Under the pieces are notes generated by a model. That model was not told the DNA's origin. It worked only from the letters and a program-made list of their open reading frames with translations, and made no database searches. A DNA stretch of 64,000 nt, taken from the IMG/VR virus record IMGVR_UViG_2910822364_000002, positions 1 to 64,000 of that record. The stretch is one strand, 5' to 3'. Both the position numbers and the translations under genes were made by a program. Below are positions 40,394 to 49,054 of this stretch, piece by piece. Position 1 is the first letter of the stretch. Each line of letters begins with the position of its first letter. The stretch is from a virus (lineage: Duplodnaviria; Caudoviricetes).

Positions 40394-40459
40394 GTATAGT
40401 TTACATATTTTATACACTAGAGGTAGCGGTGGCTTATTGCAGTAGGTCATCGCTATTTT
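40394..40459 (+). ncRNA. Candidate antisense sRNA between immA and ltp
   Basis: Extended -10 TGtTATAAT (40379-40387); 13-bp hairpin with 3 G-U pairs, loop TTGCAG, then TTTT. Confidence 0.45.
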
Positions 40460-40875
40460 AATCTTAGTTTAATCAACTCTTCATTATATCCGAGTGCATG
40501 CGCGATCTGATCGGTAGTAAATTCTTGAAATTCAAGAAAAACTTCGTCGTCAATTAGAAGCTCAGTTGCAAACTTATCTGCTTCGATTTCCATTTTACTT
40601 ACAAGAAGTCCAGTTCGTTTTCTTAAAAATGGAGTATTAGCATCAGGATGCATAATTGCATGACCTAATTCATGTGCACATGTAAATAGCTGATCGTGAT
40701 CAGAAAGATCATGATTTATATGTATTTGCTTCATACGAAGCTGTTTATTGTAGTATCCACTAATGGATCCCAATGGTTCAAATATAACCTTTATCCCTAA
40801 ATACTTAGCAATGTCAAAAGGATTATCCGTACCATATCTTTTCTTTAGTGAGTTTGTTTTTTTACGAATATCCAA
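40453..40875 (-). CDS. ImmA/IrrE-family metallopeptidase
   Basis: HELGH, EIEADKFA; probable TTG start at 40875 after AAGGAAGTG (track starts 40929). Confidence 0.9.
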   Translation of the reverse strand: MDIRKKTNSLKKRYGTDNPFDIAKYLGIKVIFEPLGSISGYYNKQLRMKQIHINHDLSDHDQLFTCAHELGHAIMHPDANTPFLRKRTGLLVSKMEIEADKFATELLIDDEVFLEFQEFTTDQIAHALGYNEELIKLRLK

Positions 40876-40888
40876 TGAATCACTTCCT

Positions 40889-41329
40889 TTATTTTCTGTA
40901 TTTCTTTGGTGTGAATTTTTGCTTAGCATTTATTTTTGCGATGGTTATACTGTTTTGGAGACTCGCTTTTAATAATTCTCTTGTTTCATCATCTAAAGGT
41001 TCTCCGGAGAACATCAGTCCATCTTGATCGGATTCTAACTGATCAAGGGTTTGTTCTAATCGTTTTGCGATATCTTTTTCATCTTTCTTAGTTAGCTCAA
41101 TGGCTTGATCGGATTTTTCTTCTATTAAATCAGATTTTCCAATTCCAAAATAATCAGCGAGAGCTTGTACGCTTCCCATTCTAGGAATGGATTGTCCCGT
41201 ACACCAAGTATTAAATGTTTGTGGAATAACTCCAATAGCTTTAGCCACCTCTTTTTGGCTTTTTCCTGATTTCTCTAAATAGAAAGATAGATTTTTAGAG
41301 AATATTTTCTTTTGCTTTTCATCTGACAT
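40889..41329 (-). CDS. CI/ImmR-like phage repressor
   Basis: N-terminal HTH_3; paired with ImmA; divergent from cro. Confidence 0.9.
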   Translation of the reverse strand: MSDEKQKKIFSKNLSFYLEKSGKSQKEVAKAIGVIPQTFNTWCTGQSIPRMGSVQALADYFGIGKSDLIEEKSDQAIELTKKDEKDIAKRLEQTLDQLESDQDGLMFSGEPLDDETRELLKASLQNSITIAKINAKQKFTPKKYRK

Positions 41330-41354
41330 TAAATCACCTCACTTCGTTATTAAT

Positions 41355-41383
41355 ATAGTACAATAAAAATTGATTTTTTGCAA
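41355..41383 (-). promoter_or_regulatory. Lysogenic promoter (PL)
   Basis: TTGCAA-17nt-TACTAT on the minus strand. Confidence 0.65.
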
Positions 41384-41413
41384 CTAAAAGTCAAAAATAA
41401 ATTGATTTTAGTA

Positions 41414-41442
41414 TTGACATCCATTTAAAATGGATTTATAAT
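41414..41442 (+). promoter_or_regulatory. Lytic promoter (PR) with operator in the spacer
   Basis: Perfect TTGACA-17nt-TATAAT; palindrome ATCCATTT-A-AAATGGAT (41419-41435). Confidence 0.9.
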
Positions 41443-41474
41443 AAATACAGAAATTAAAGAAAGGCGGTGATGAC

Positions 41475-41708
41475 GTGACAAAGATGAACGAAGGTAAAGC
41501 AGTACCATTTCAAATTTCTTTAGCTTCAGCACGAGTTAATGCAGAAATGACACAAGAAGAGGTCGCAAAACATATGCATGTTGGAAAACAGACTATCGTT
41601 AGCTGGGAAAAAGGGACTTCTGAACCGAAAATGTCGCAAGGAAGAGAACTTAGTAAATTATATGGTATTCCAATTGACTATATTTTTTTACCTAAGAAAT
41701 CCAATTAA
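41475..41708 (+). CDS. Cro-like HTH protein
   Basis: ISLASARVNAEMTQEEVAK...TIVSWEKG. Confidence 0.88.
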   Translation: MTKMNEGKAVPFQISLASARVNAEMTQEEVAKHMHVGKQTIVSWEKGTSEPKMSQGRELSKLYGIPIDYIFLPKKSN

Positions 41709-41715
41709 AATGGAT
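41699..41715. promoter_or_regulatory. Second operator copy at the cro stop codon
   Basis: ATCCAATTAAAATGGAT, one mismatch to the PR operator. Confidence 0.7.
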
Positions 41716-41739
41716 TTAAATAACCAGGAGGTGAGAAAG

Positions 41740-42039
41740 ACGAAAGTATTGAAAGATATACAGCCCGATGAAAAATTAGCAGAGGAAATCCAAAGTAATC
41801 TAGATAAGCAGTTAAAAGAAAAACAGCTAGAAGAATCAGAAGAGTTAAAAACTATTCTGCATGGAGTAACAGGTAAAGAAATGAGATGGGCGATCTATTC
41901 TGCGATTTCTAAGCAAAAAGAAAAACAGCGTTGCCAGGAACAAAAAATATCATCCCTGCAAATAGCTGTTATATTGCAGGGAATAGCTGTAATTATTTTA
42001 GGCATTGGTGGAATCATTTTAAAAAAATATCTACCATGA
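41740..42039 (+). CDS. Small protein with C-terminal TM (start uncertain; ACG after RBS)
   Basis: RBS AGGAGGTG 6 nt before an in-frame ACG; hydrophobic IAVILQGIAVIILGIGG. Confidence 0.5.
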   Translation, partial: TKVLKDIQPDEKLAEEIQSNLDKQLKEKQLEESEELKTILHGVTGKEMRWAIYSAISKQKEKQRCQEQKISSLQIAVILQGIAVIILGIGGIILKKYLP

Positions 42040-42421
42040 CAGAGGCTGTTGCAACAATCAAAGAAAGAATAGAAATAGTTTTAGAGAGTTTTGAATCCGC
42101 CTCTGCAGATAATGCATTTTGTTTGGCGGTCTCTGCAATAGATGTAATGGCATCTATTTGCTGTTGATATTTTGCTTCTCGTTCCTTTTCTATTTTTCGT
42201 TGAAGCTCAAATTCAGCCAAATGAGCGCGGCCTAATTCAGTGATAGAAACTTCATCAGATTCGTTTATGGATACGAGATTTGCATTTAAAAACATTTCTA
42301 CATATCCATCAATAGACGGAAAATCGAAAAAGAAATCACCAGGATTTTGCCCAGGACATTCTAATATTGCCGTTAGAATTTCATATTGATATTCGGTAAG
42401 TTTAAATAACAAATTTTCCAT
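42014..42421 (-). CDS. Counter-oriented moron, membrane-anchored hypothetical protein
   Basis: RBS GAGGAG; own promoter TTGTCT-17-TATACT (42472-42500, minus strand); winged-helix-like N-terminus, C-terminal TM. Confidence 0.75.
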   Translation of the reverse strand: MENLLFKLTEYQYEILTAILECPGQNPGDFFFDFPSIDGYVEMFLNANLVSINESDEVSITELGRAHLAEFELQRKIEKEREAKYQQQIDAITSIAETAKQNALSAEADSKLSKTISILSLIVATASVMVDIFLK

Positions 42422-42511
42422 TAAGAATACTCCTCTCTTAAGACTCGGACATGGCAGTGTCCTGTGAATTAAGTATAGGAGATATATGAAAGAAAGACAA
42501 CAGAATAATAG

Positions 42512-42615
42512 CAGATGGCTTAATTCCCTGCCCGATGCACAGAATCCTGAAATCCTACCTAAATTGGTTAATTAAAAATAGCACTCAATCGTCGGGCAGG
42601 GAATTAAGCCATCTG
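42512..42615 (+). repeat. Long inverted repeat A (26-bp arms, 52-nt loop)
   Basis: CAGATGGCTTAATTCCCTGCCCGATG / CGTCGGGCAGGGAATTAAGCCATCTG; the single mismatch is G-U. Confidence 0.9.
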
Positions 42616-42626
42616 AAGAAAGGTAG

Positions 42627-43022
42627 GTGATGAAAGTGTTCAAGGACAGGCTTAAAAAAGTAATGGTAGATCAAAATATCAACCAAGTAGAGTTGTCCAG
42701 GATCTGCGGTGTGAGTAGGTCAACCGTTAGCAAATGGATGTCTGGAGATTCAGAACCGACAAAAGCAAGAAGAAATGAGATTGCAGAAGCATTTGATCTT
42801 CCAGAGAATTACTTTGAAGAGATAGTAATTCCTAAAAAGAGAATAGAGACATTAACCCCGAAAGAAGTTGCGTATTTGATGGGAATGGGTGTTTCAACAA
42901 TCGAAAAAGGACTGATTCAAGGAACTTTTCCATGGGGATATGCAATCCGGACAAGTGAAAATACGCATAGATATTTCATAAATGCAAAAAAGTTTTTTGT
43001 GACTGAAATGATAAGCGTATGA
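42627..43022 (+). CDS. Two-domain DNA-binding protein (HTH_3 + excisionase-like)
   Basis: N-terminal XRE HTH; LTPKEVAYLMGMGVSTI...FPWGYAI. Confidence 0.75.
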   Translation: MMKVFKDRLKKVMVDQNINQVELSRICGVSRSTVSKWMSGDSEPTKARRNEIAEAFDLPENYFEEIVIPKKRIETLTPKEVAYLMGMGVSTIEKGLIQGTFPWGYAIRTSENTHRYFINAKKFFVTEMISV

Positions 43023-43037
43023 GAAAGGAGCATAAAG

Positions 43038-43172
43038 ATGCACACAGAAACAAAAGCGATGATCTGCACAGCAGCAGTGCTGATCGCAATGGGAATCTTT
43101 AAAGAGTTAGCTGCGGTATGTTTGATCACAGCAGTAGTATTTGAGGAAGGAGTGAAGAAATTTGATAAATAA
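43038..43172 (+). CDS. 44-aa hydrophobic peptide (below track cut-off)
   Basis: RBS AAAGGAG; MHTETKAMICTAAVLIAMGIFKELAAVCLITAVVFEEGVKKFDK. Confidence 0.6.
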   Translation: MHTETKAMICTAAVLIAMGIFKELAAVCLITAVVFEEGVKKFDK

Positions 43173-43566
43173 GAAAGAAAAAAGTGCCCACGGAGCGGCA
43201 ACTCCATTAGGCACATTGCTAAACAAGCAAGATCAGTATAACACAGATCGTCAGAAAAGTGAAATCAGAAAAATAGCAACTGAGATCTTTGATCTATCTC
43301 TGCAGCTGCAAGAAATGACAGATGGAACTATAGACTGGATAGATTGGCGAGAGCCAGGTGTTCCGTGCGTATACGTTGAATATCATGGAGCCACCGCAGT
43401 GCTAAGCGTTAAGATCTGGGAAAATGGATTTAGTGCAGAACAGCGACCTGATTACAGTACAATGCTGTTTCTCGACAATCCGAACTGTATGATCGAAGCA
43501 GGGTATCTTAAAGAAAAATTGATGGGATTATTAGAAGAAAGAAGAGGAAGCGACAATGAAGAGTGA
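43162..43566 (+). CDS. Phage hypothetical protein
   Basis: ORF track; RBS upstream. Confidence 0.65.
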   Translation: MINKKEKSAHGAATPLGTLLNKQDQYNTDRQKSEIRKIATEIFDLSLQLQEMTDGTIDWIDWREPGVPCVYVEYHGATAVLSVKIWENGFSAEQRPDYSTMLFLDNPNCMIEAGYLKEKLMGLLEERRGSDNEE

Positions 43567-43861
43567 AACAACGAAGAAAGTAACAGAAGGAATCGTAAGA
43601 GGTCATGTTTTAGATACAGCAGGATGCACAGACAAGGCAGCTGATGAACTAGAAAAAGTGTTGGAAACCATTTTGTTCGAAATTAGTGATTGCGTAAATC
43701 CGGTTCCAGAAATTGCAAGTGATCTTACAGTGGGCGTTCTTAGATTTATTGCAGACACTTTAGAAAAGAATCTGGATGATAAAGAAAAAGAAACTGCAGA
43801 ACTTGCAAGAGACACTTTACGAATGAAATATAAGACGTTAGTAGTGAGAGCAAAAGCTTAA
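43556..43861 (+). CDS. Phage hypothetical protein
   Basis: RBS AGAGG; coupled to the previous gene. Confidence 0.7.
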   Translation: MKSETTKKVTEGIVRGHVLDTAGCTDKAADELEKVLETILFEISDCVNPVPEIASDLTVGVLRFIADTLEKNLDDKEKETAELARDTLRMKYKTLVVRAKA

Positions 43862-43876
43862 GAAGGAAGACGGACT

Positions 43877-44548
43877 ATGCAAACAATCGAAATCAGCAAA
43901 GGAATCAAACGGATCCAGTTCGATTCCTTTGATTCCTGGCTAAATGCCAGACATGGAATCGGTGGTTCTGATGCATCTGCAGTATTAGGACTCAATCCAT
44001 ATAAAACTAATACAGAACTGTATTTAGAAAAGACAGGACAGCGAACGGCTCCTGATATTTCAGATAAGGATTATGTGAAGTATGGACATGATGCGGAGCC
44101 ATTACTTCGATCACTGTTTGCACTTGATCATCAAGAATACAAGGTCGAATACTTCGGAGACAACATGATCCGAAACGAAAAATATCAATGGGCACATGCA
44201 TCTTTGGATGGAGAACTAACCGATCAGGATGGTCGCAAAGGAATCTTAGAAATCAAGACAACTAACATCCTACAAAGTATGCAGCGTGAAAAATGGAGAG
44301 ATCAGATTCCAGATAACTATTACATACAGGTGCTACATTACCTGCTAGTTACCGAATATGAGTTTGTGGAGCTAAGGGCACAGCTGAAATCAGTGTGGCA
44401 GAGTCAGATCAGATTAGAGACAAAAGATTATCACATTGAGCAATCAGAGGCAGAAGAAGACATCGAGATATTAAGACAAGCGGAAGAAGAGTTCTGGCAG
44501 AATGTCGTAAAAAGGCAGCAGCCGAACTTGATTCTTCCGGAAATATAA
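43877..44548 (+). CDS. YqaJ-family viral recombinase exonuclease
   Basis: GIGGSDASAVLG.NPY, ASLDG, LEIKT, Y..QV.HY. Confidence 0.92.
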   Translation: MQTIEISKGIKRIQFDSFDSWLNARHGIGGSDASAVLGLNPYKTNTELYLEKTGQRTAPDISDKDYVKYGHDAEPLLRSLFALDHQEYKVEYFGDNMIRNEKYQWAHASLDGELTDQDGRKGILEIKTTNILQSMQREKWRDQIPDNYYIQVLHYLLVTEYEFVELRAQLKSVWQSQIRLETKDYHIEQSEAEEDIEILRQAEEEFWQNVVKRQQPNLILPEI

Positions 44549-44563
44549 AAAGGAGAAATTGTC

Positions 44564-44734
44564 ATGAATCGATACGATGAATATATGAAAGAGGTTCAGG
44601 AAAAGAAAAAAGAAAATCAGGCTATTGTAAATAAAATTGTGGAGATTTTAAAAGGCAATAACCTGACTGTTGAACATATTGAAGTCATCTTAAATATGAC
44701 TCGTGAAGAAGTGATTAAAAAGGCGCACTTATAA
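44564..44734 (+). CDS. 56-aa hypothetical protein (below track cut-off)
   Basis: RBS AAAGGAG; MNRYDEYMKEVQEKK...KKAHL. Confidence 0.6.
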   Translation: MNRYDEYMKEVQEKKKENQAIVNKIVEILKGNNLTVEHIEVILNMTREEVIKKAHL

Positions 44735-44758
44735 CAGAAATCAATAAAGGAGAAATAC

Positions 44759-45649
44759 ATGGAATTTAAGATATACAATCCGCAGGAAGAAGGATTCCTG
44801 AAAGAGATTGACTGGAACTATGAAGAGTTAAAAACAGAGATCCAGGGAAAAGCGAATGATTACATGAATCTGGTTTATACAGCAGATCAGGTAAAAGATG
44901 CCAAAAAAGATCGTGCAAATCTTAATAAATTTGTGGAAGTTTTAGAGAGCAAGCGAAAAGAAATTAAAAAACAGATTACAGAACCATATTCAGCATTCGA
45001 GAAACAAGAGAAAGAACTGGTTGGTATTGTTAATAAAGCGATTGCAAATATTGATACGCAGATCAAAGGATATGAAGAAGCAACAAGACAGGAAAAACTT
45101 GAAAAGGTCAAAGAAATCTATGCAAAAACAATCGGTGGACTTGCTGATGTAGTAACGTTTGACAAAATTTTTAAAGAATCCTGGCTGAATGTATCAACAA
45201 CGTTTAAATCGATCACAAAGGAAATCACAGAAATTCGTGACAAGGTTGACAATGATTTATTTGTGATCAATGCAGACACGAGTTCCTTTGCTTATGAGAT
45301 GAAAGAAGAGTATCTAAAGAACTTTGATCTCACTGCAGCGATTAATAAAAAACAAAAATTAGAAGAGACAGCAAAGCAGAAAGCAATATATGAAGAACAA
45401 CTAAAAGAGGAAGAGGAACAAAGAAAACAACGATCACAAGAAGAAGCAAAGAAGGTAGTATTTGCATGTAAAAGCACAGAAAAGCCAGTAAAAGCACAGG
45501 AGCCAGTGAATACAGGAGAAAAAATATCAACGATCACATTCCGATGTACTGTAAAAGAACATAACTTTAAAGAAGTTAACGCAAGACTCAGTCTAGTACA
45601 AAAAGTATGTGAAGAATTTAAAATCATAGATCCAGAGGAGGAATTATAA
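44759..45649 (+). CDS. DUF1351-family coiled-coil protein
   Basis: IDWNYEELK, AKKDRANLNK. Confidence 0.82.
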   Translation: MEFKIYNPQEEGFLKEIDWNYEELKTEIQGKANDYMNLVYTADQVKDAKKDRANLNKFVEVLESKRKEIKKQITEPYSAFEKQEKELVGIVNKAIANIDTQIKGYEEATRQEKLEKVKEIYAKTIGGLADVVTFDKIFKESWLNVSTTFKSITKEITEIRDKVDNDLFVINADTSSFAYEMKEEYLKNFDLTAAINKKQKLEETAKQKAIYEEQLKEEEEQRKQRSQEEAKKVVFACKSTEKPVKAQEPVNTGEKISTITFRCTVKEHNFKEVNARLSLVQKVCEEFKIIDPEEEL

Positions 45650-45650
45650 A

Positions 45651-46526
45651 ATGGCAGTTGGAAACAGTTTAGCAAACAGACAACAGAAAACAGGATTAAC
45701 GGCATATCTTACAAATGATGCTGTGAAACGTCAGATCAATAATGTAGTGGGTGGCAAAAACGGAGATCGTTTTATTGCCTCTATTGTATCTGCAGTACAG
45801 GTTAATTCAGATTTACAGGAGTGTACAAACCAATCAATTTTAAGTGCTGCATTACTTGGAGAGTCTTTAAAACTTTCTCCATCACCACAGCTTGGACAGT
45901 ATTATATGGTCCCATTCAAAAATAACAAAAAGGGATGCAAAGAAGCACAGTTTCAGCTTGGTTATAAAGGATACATTCAGTTAGCAATCCGTTCAGGACA
46001 GTATAAAAAACTAAACGTTTTGGCAATCAAGGAAGGGGAACTGGTTCGATTTGATCCACTGAATGAAGAAATCGAGGTAAATCTGATCGATGATGAAGAA
46101 GCAAGGGAAGAAGCAAAGACAATCGGATACTATGCAATGTTTGAATATACAAACGGTTTCCGAAAAGCTATGTACTGGTCCAAAAAGAAAATGGAAGCAC
46201 ATGCATTAAAGTATTCCAAAGGGTATGCAGCAAAAAAAGGATATACATTCTGGGAGAAAGATTTTGATGGAATGGCTTATAAGACAATGCTTCGCCAGCT
46301 GATCAGTAAATGGGGAATCATGAGCATTGATATGCAGAATGCAATGGAATCTGATATGGCGGTGATCCATGAAGATGGAACAAAAGATTATGTAGATACA
46401 GTTTCAGAAGAAAATATTGTAGCAGATCAGGATCTGCAGGAAACGGCAGAGGAAACACCTGAACCAGAAAAACAGGAACTACAGGAAGAAACAACAAAAG
46501 AAGAACCACAGCAGTTCTTTAAATAA
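45651..46526 (+). CDS. recT: RecT-family single-strand annealing protein
   Basis: L.ECT..SI, LGQYYMVPF, FQLGYKGYIQLAIRSG, MAYKT. Confidence 0.92.
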   Translation: MAVGNSLANRQQKTGLTAYLTNDAVKRQINNVVGGKNGDRFIASIVSAVQVNSDLQECTNQSILSAALLGESLKLSPSPQLGQYYMVPFKNNKKGCKEAQFQLGYKGYIQLAIRSGQYKKLNVLAIKEGELVRFDPLNEEIEVNLIDDEEAREEAKTIGYYAMFEYTNGFRKAMYWSKKKMEAHALKYSKGYAAKKGYTFWEKDFDGMAYKTMLRQLISKWGIMSIDMQNAMESDMAVIHEDGTKDYVDTVSEENIVADQDLQETAEETPEPEKQELQEETTKEEPQQFFK

Positions 46527-46543
46527 AAGAAAGGAGCAACACG

Positions 46544-46969
46544 ATGAAACATATTAACTTAGAACAGTTTGCAGGAGGGAAACTTTCAGTACAGCTTAAT
46601 AAGGCATTAGAAAAGATCACTGAAAATGTTCAGGATCCGAACACTGATGCGCAGAAGGTCAGAAAGATCAATGTATCAATCAGTTTCCGGCCAAACGATG
46701 AAAGAAACTTTGTGGCAACTACGGTAGAAACAAAGTTAAGTCTTGCACCAGAACTTGGAGCTACAACAGCACTGAGTATGGGCAGAGATCTTCGCACCGG
46801 AGAGGTTGAAGCGGTTGAAATCTTTAACCAGATTCCTGGTCAGATGAATGTTGATGATGTGATCGACCAGGAAGAAGATGAAACACCGAAAGCTTTTGAT
46901 CCGGATACTGGAGAGATCTACGAACCAAGCAACAAAGTGATTGATTTAAGAAAAGCAAAACAGGCATAA
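46544..46969 (+). CDS. Conserved phage hypothetical protein
   Basis: NVQDPNT...RKI; DPDTGEI tail. Confidence 0.75.
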   Translation: MKHINLEQFAGGKLSVQLNKALEKITENVQDPNTDAQKVRKINVSISFRPNDERNFVATTVETKLSLAPELGATTALSMGRDLRTGEVEAVEIFNQIPGQMNVDDVIDQEEDETPKAFDPDTGEIYEPSNKVIDLRKAKQA

Positions 46970-46988
46970 AACAGGAGGATACATAACA

Positions 46989-47735
46989 ATGGATAATACA
47001 TTTTTAAGAGAAGCAATCGAAAAGATCGAAGAATTGACAGACAGTGCAAGAGAGCCACACGTTGTAAAAATCGCAGGAAAGACTTATTGCGATAAATCTA
47101 TGTCACGATATGACAGAGAAGAGTTTGCAGAACCATTGACAGCTACAAGTCTTAATTCTCTGATCGATTATATCAGTGGAAAGAGTGAAGAGTTAAGAGA
47201 ATCTATGATCATTCATGTAGAATCTCCAACAAAAGTAAGATTACTATCTGGTCTTACAAATGAAAGAAATCGAGAAGAATTATTCCGCGTAGGTACAAAT
47301 CCAAATGGTTTTGATTTCGATCATTACTATGATCAGGAAGCGTTTGTAATTAATATGCAGACTGCCTTTAAACAGAGTGATGAAACAGAACTGATTCTTT
47401 CAGTTGCTGGAAACGTAGAAAATAAAACAGTGGCCAACTATGGAGATGATGGAGTCAGCCAGAAAGCTACGATCACAAAAGGTATTGCAGGAAAAGAAGA
47501 TGTGATCGTACCAAATCCAGTAACACTTCGCCCATATCGTACCTTCCTGGAAGTAGAACAGCCAGAAAGCAAGTTTATCTTTCGAATCAGAGAAGGTTCT
47601 GATGGGCAGCCAATGTTTAAATTGGTAGAAGCTGATGGTGGTCTCTGGAAGTATGAAGCTGTAGATGCTATCAAGAAATATTTAACAGAGAATTTACCGG
47701 AAGAACTGTTAAAAGTGATCACGATCATCGGGTAA
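46989..47735 (+). CDS. Conserved phage hypothetical protein
   Basis: DDGVSQ, PNPVTLRPYRTFLEVEQPES.F.FR, EADGG.W. Confidence 0.8.
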   Translation: MDNTFLREAIEKIEELTDSAREPHVVKIAGKTYCDKSMSRYDREEFAEPLTATSLNSLIDYISGKSEELRESMIIHVESPTKVRLLSGLTNERNREELFRVGTNPNGFDFDHYYDQEAFVINMQTAFKQSDETELILSVAGNVENKTVANYGDDGVSQKATITKGIAGKEDVIVPNPVTLRPYRTFLEVEQPESKFIFRIREGSDGQPMFKLVEADGGLWKYEAVDAIKKYLTENLPEELLKVITIIG

Positions 47736-47740
47736 CAGTT

Positions 47741-48169
47741 ATGGAGACAGTTAGATTTACAGTCCCTGGTGAACCGAAAGGAAAAGCCAGGGCAAGAACT
47801 GTCCGTAGTAAAAAAGGTGGAACTTTCTCATATACGCCAGAAGGTACTATGTTGTATGAGAATCTGATCAAGTGCTGTTACAGGCAGGAATCAAACAACA
47901 TCATTTTTAATGACGGACAGCCCTTAAAAGTAACGATCATAGCTTATTATCCGATCGTTAAGAGTACAAGCAAGAAAAAGAAACAACAGATGTTGGAAGA
48001 CCTTATGTTTCCAACGAAGAAACCAGACATTGATAACATTGCAAAAAGCATTCTGGATGCGTTGAATAAATTAGCATACAGGGATGATACGCAGGTTGTA
48101 ACGCTGCATATGGAAAAGCATTATGCAGAGAACCCACGAGTTGAAGTAGAGATAGAAGAAATATTATAG
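47741..48169 (+). CDS. rusA: RusA-family Holliday junction resolvase
   Basis: GEPKGKARAR, KPDIDNIAKSILDALN, DDTQV. Confidence 0.92.
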   Translation: METVRFTVPGEPKGKARARTVRSKKGGTFSYTPEGTMLYENLIKCCYRQESNNIIFNDGQPLKVTIIAYYPIVKSTSKKKKQQMLEDLMFPTKKPDIDNIAKSILDALNKLAYRDDTQVVTLHMEKHYAENPRVEVEIEEIL

Positions 48170-48187
48170 AGGAAAGGCGGTGTTCTA

Positions 48188-49054
48188 ATGGGCCGTAAAC
48201 CCAAAACAGGACTAGATTACTTTCCTAAAGATGTCGATTATTACGACGATTTTAACATCATGGATCTGATGAACGAGTATGGTCCATTAGGGCAGACCAT
48301 CTATGATGTTGTTCTATGCATGATTTATCATGAAGGATATTACCTGGAAGTGCCTAAAATGGAGCAGTTAGCGGTAAAAATAATCAAAACCATTGGTAAC
48401 CGCTGGGTAAAGAAAAAGGACTTTGTGTTACAAGTAATTCATTATTGTGCGGAGATAGGTCTTTTCGATCAAGACCTCCTGAATCAAAATGTTATTACCT
48501 CTGTTGGAGTTCAGCGACGCTATAAAGAAGTGACTGTTAGGAACAAAGTCGATAGAAGTAAATACTGGTTGATTGATGAAAACGGTCAACCTTTATTAAA
48601 TGCACCACAAAATAGCATTTCCGTAACAGAAACAAGCATTTCTGCAACAGAAAAAGATATTTCTGCAACAGAAAAACGACAAAAGGAAAGTAAAGTAAAT
48701 AAAAATATATATTATAGCAATCCAGATCTGAACAGAGAGTTCTGTCTTTACCTTGATATGAGGAATCATACTGGACCAACATTATCTGCAGAACAGATCA
48801 ATGCCTTGAAAGAAGAACTTGATTCTCTGGCTGAGAACGATTCTGATAAGTTGGGTATTGTAAGAAAAGCATTTGGTGGAGGTTATAAGAGCTTCTTCCC
48901 TACATCAAAGAAACGGAAGAAATCAACACCGAAGCCAAAGAAAGAAGAAACTATACACAATTTTACCCAAAGAGAAGTAGCAGATCGTGATTATGAGAAT
49001 CTGGAAAGACAGTTATTAAAGAAACAATTAGGAGGTGACATAACGTATGGATAA
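48188..49054 (+). CDS. Phage replication initiator (DUF4373/Lin1244-type)
   Basis: GLDYFP.DV, YGPLG, EGYY, TS.GVQRRY; internal iterons. Confidence 0.82.
   Translation: MGRKPKTGLDYFPKDVDYYDDFNIMDLMNEYGPLGQTIYDVVLCMIYHEGYYLEVPKMEQLAVKIIKTIGNRWVKKKDFVLQVIHYCAEIGLFDQDLLNQNVITSVGVQRRYKEVTVRNKVDRSKYWLIDENGQPLLNAPQNSISVTETSISATEKDISATEKRQKESKVNKNIYYSNPDLNREFCLYLDMRNHTGPTLSAEQINALKEELDSLAENDSDKLGIVRKAFGGGYKSFFPTSKKRKKSTPKPKKEETIHNFTQREVADRDYENLERQLLKKQLGGDITYG
48617..48674 (+). repeat. Three 16-bp iterons at 21-bp spacing (probable phage origin)
   Basis: ATTTCCGTAACAGAAA, ATTTCTGCAACAGAAA x2 inside the initiator gene. Confidence 0.7.

Noticed and set aside
41931-42167. 78-aa + strand ORF
   Set aside because: Overlaps two better-supported genes and has no RBS.
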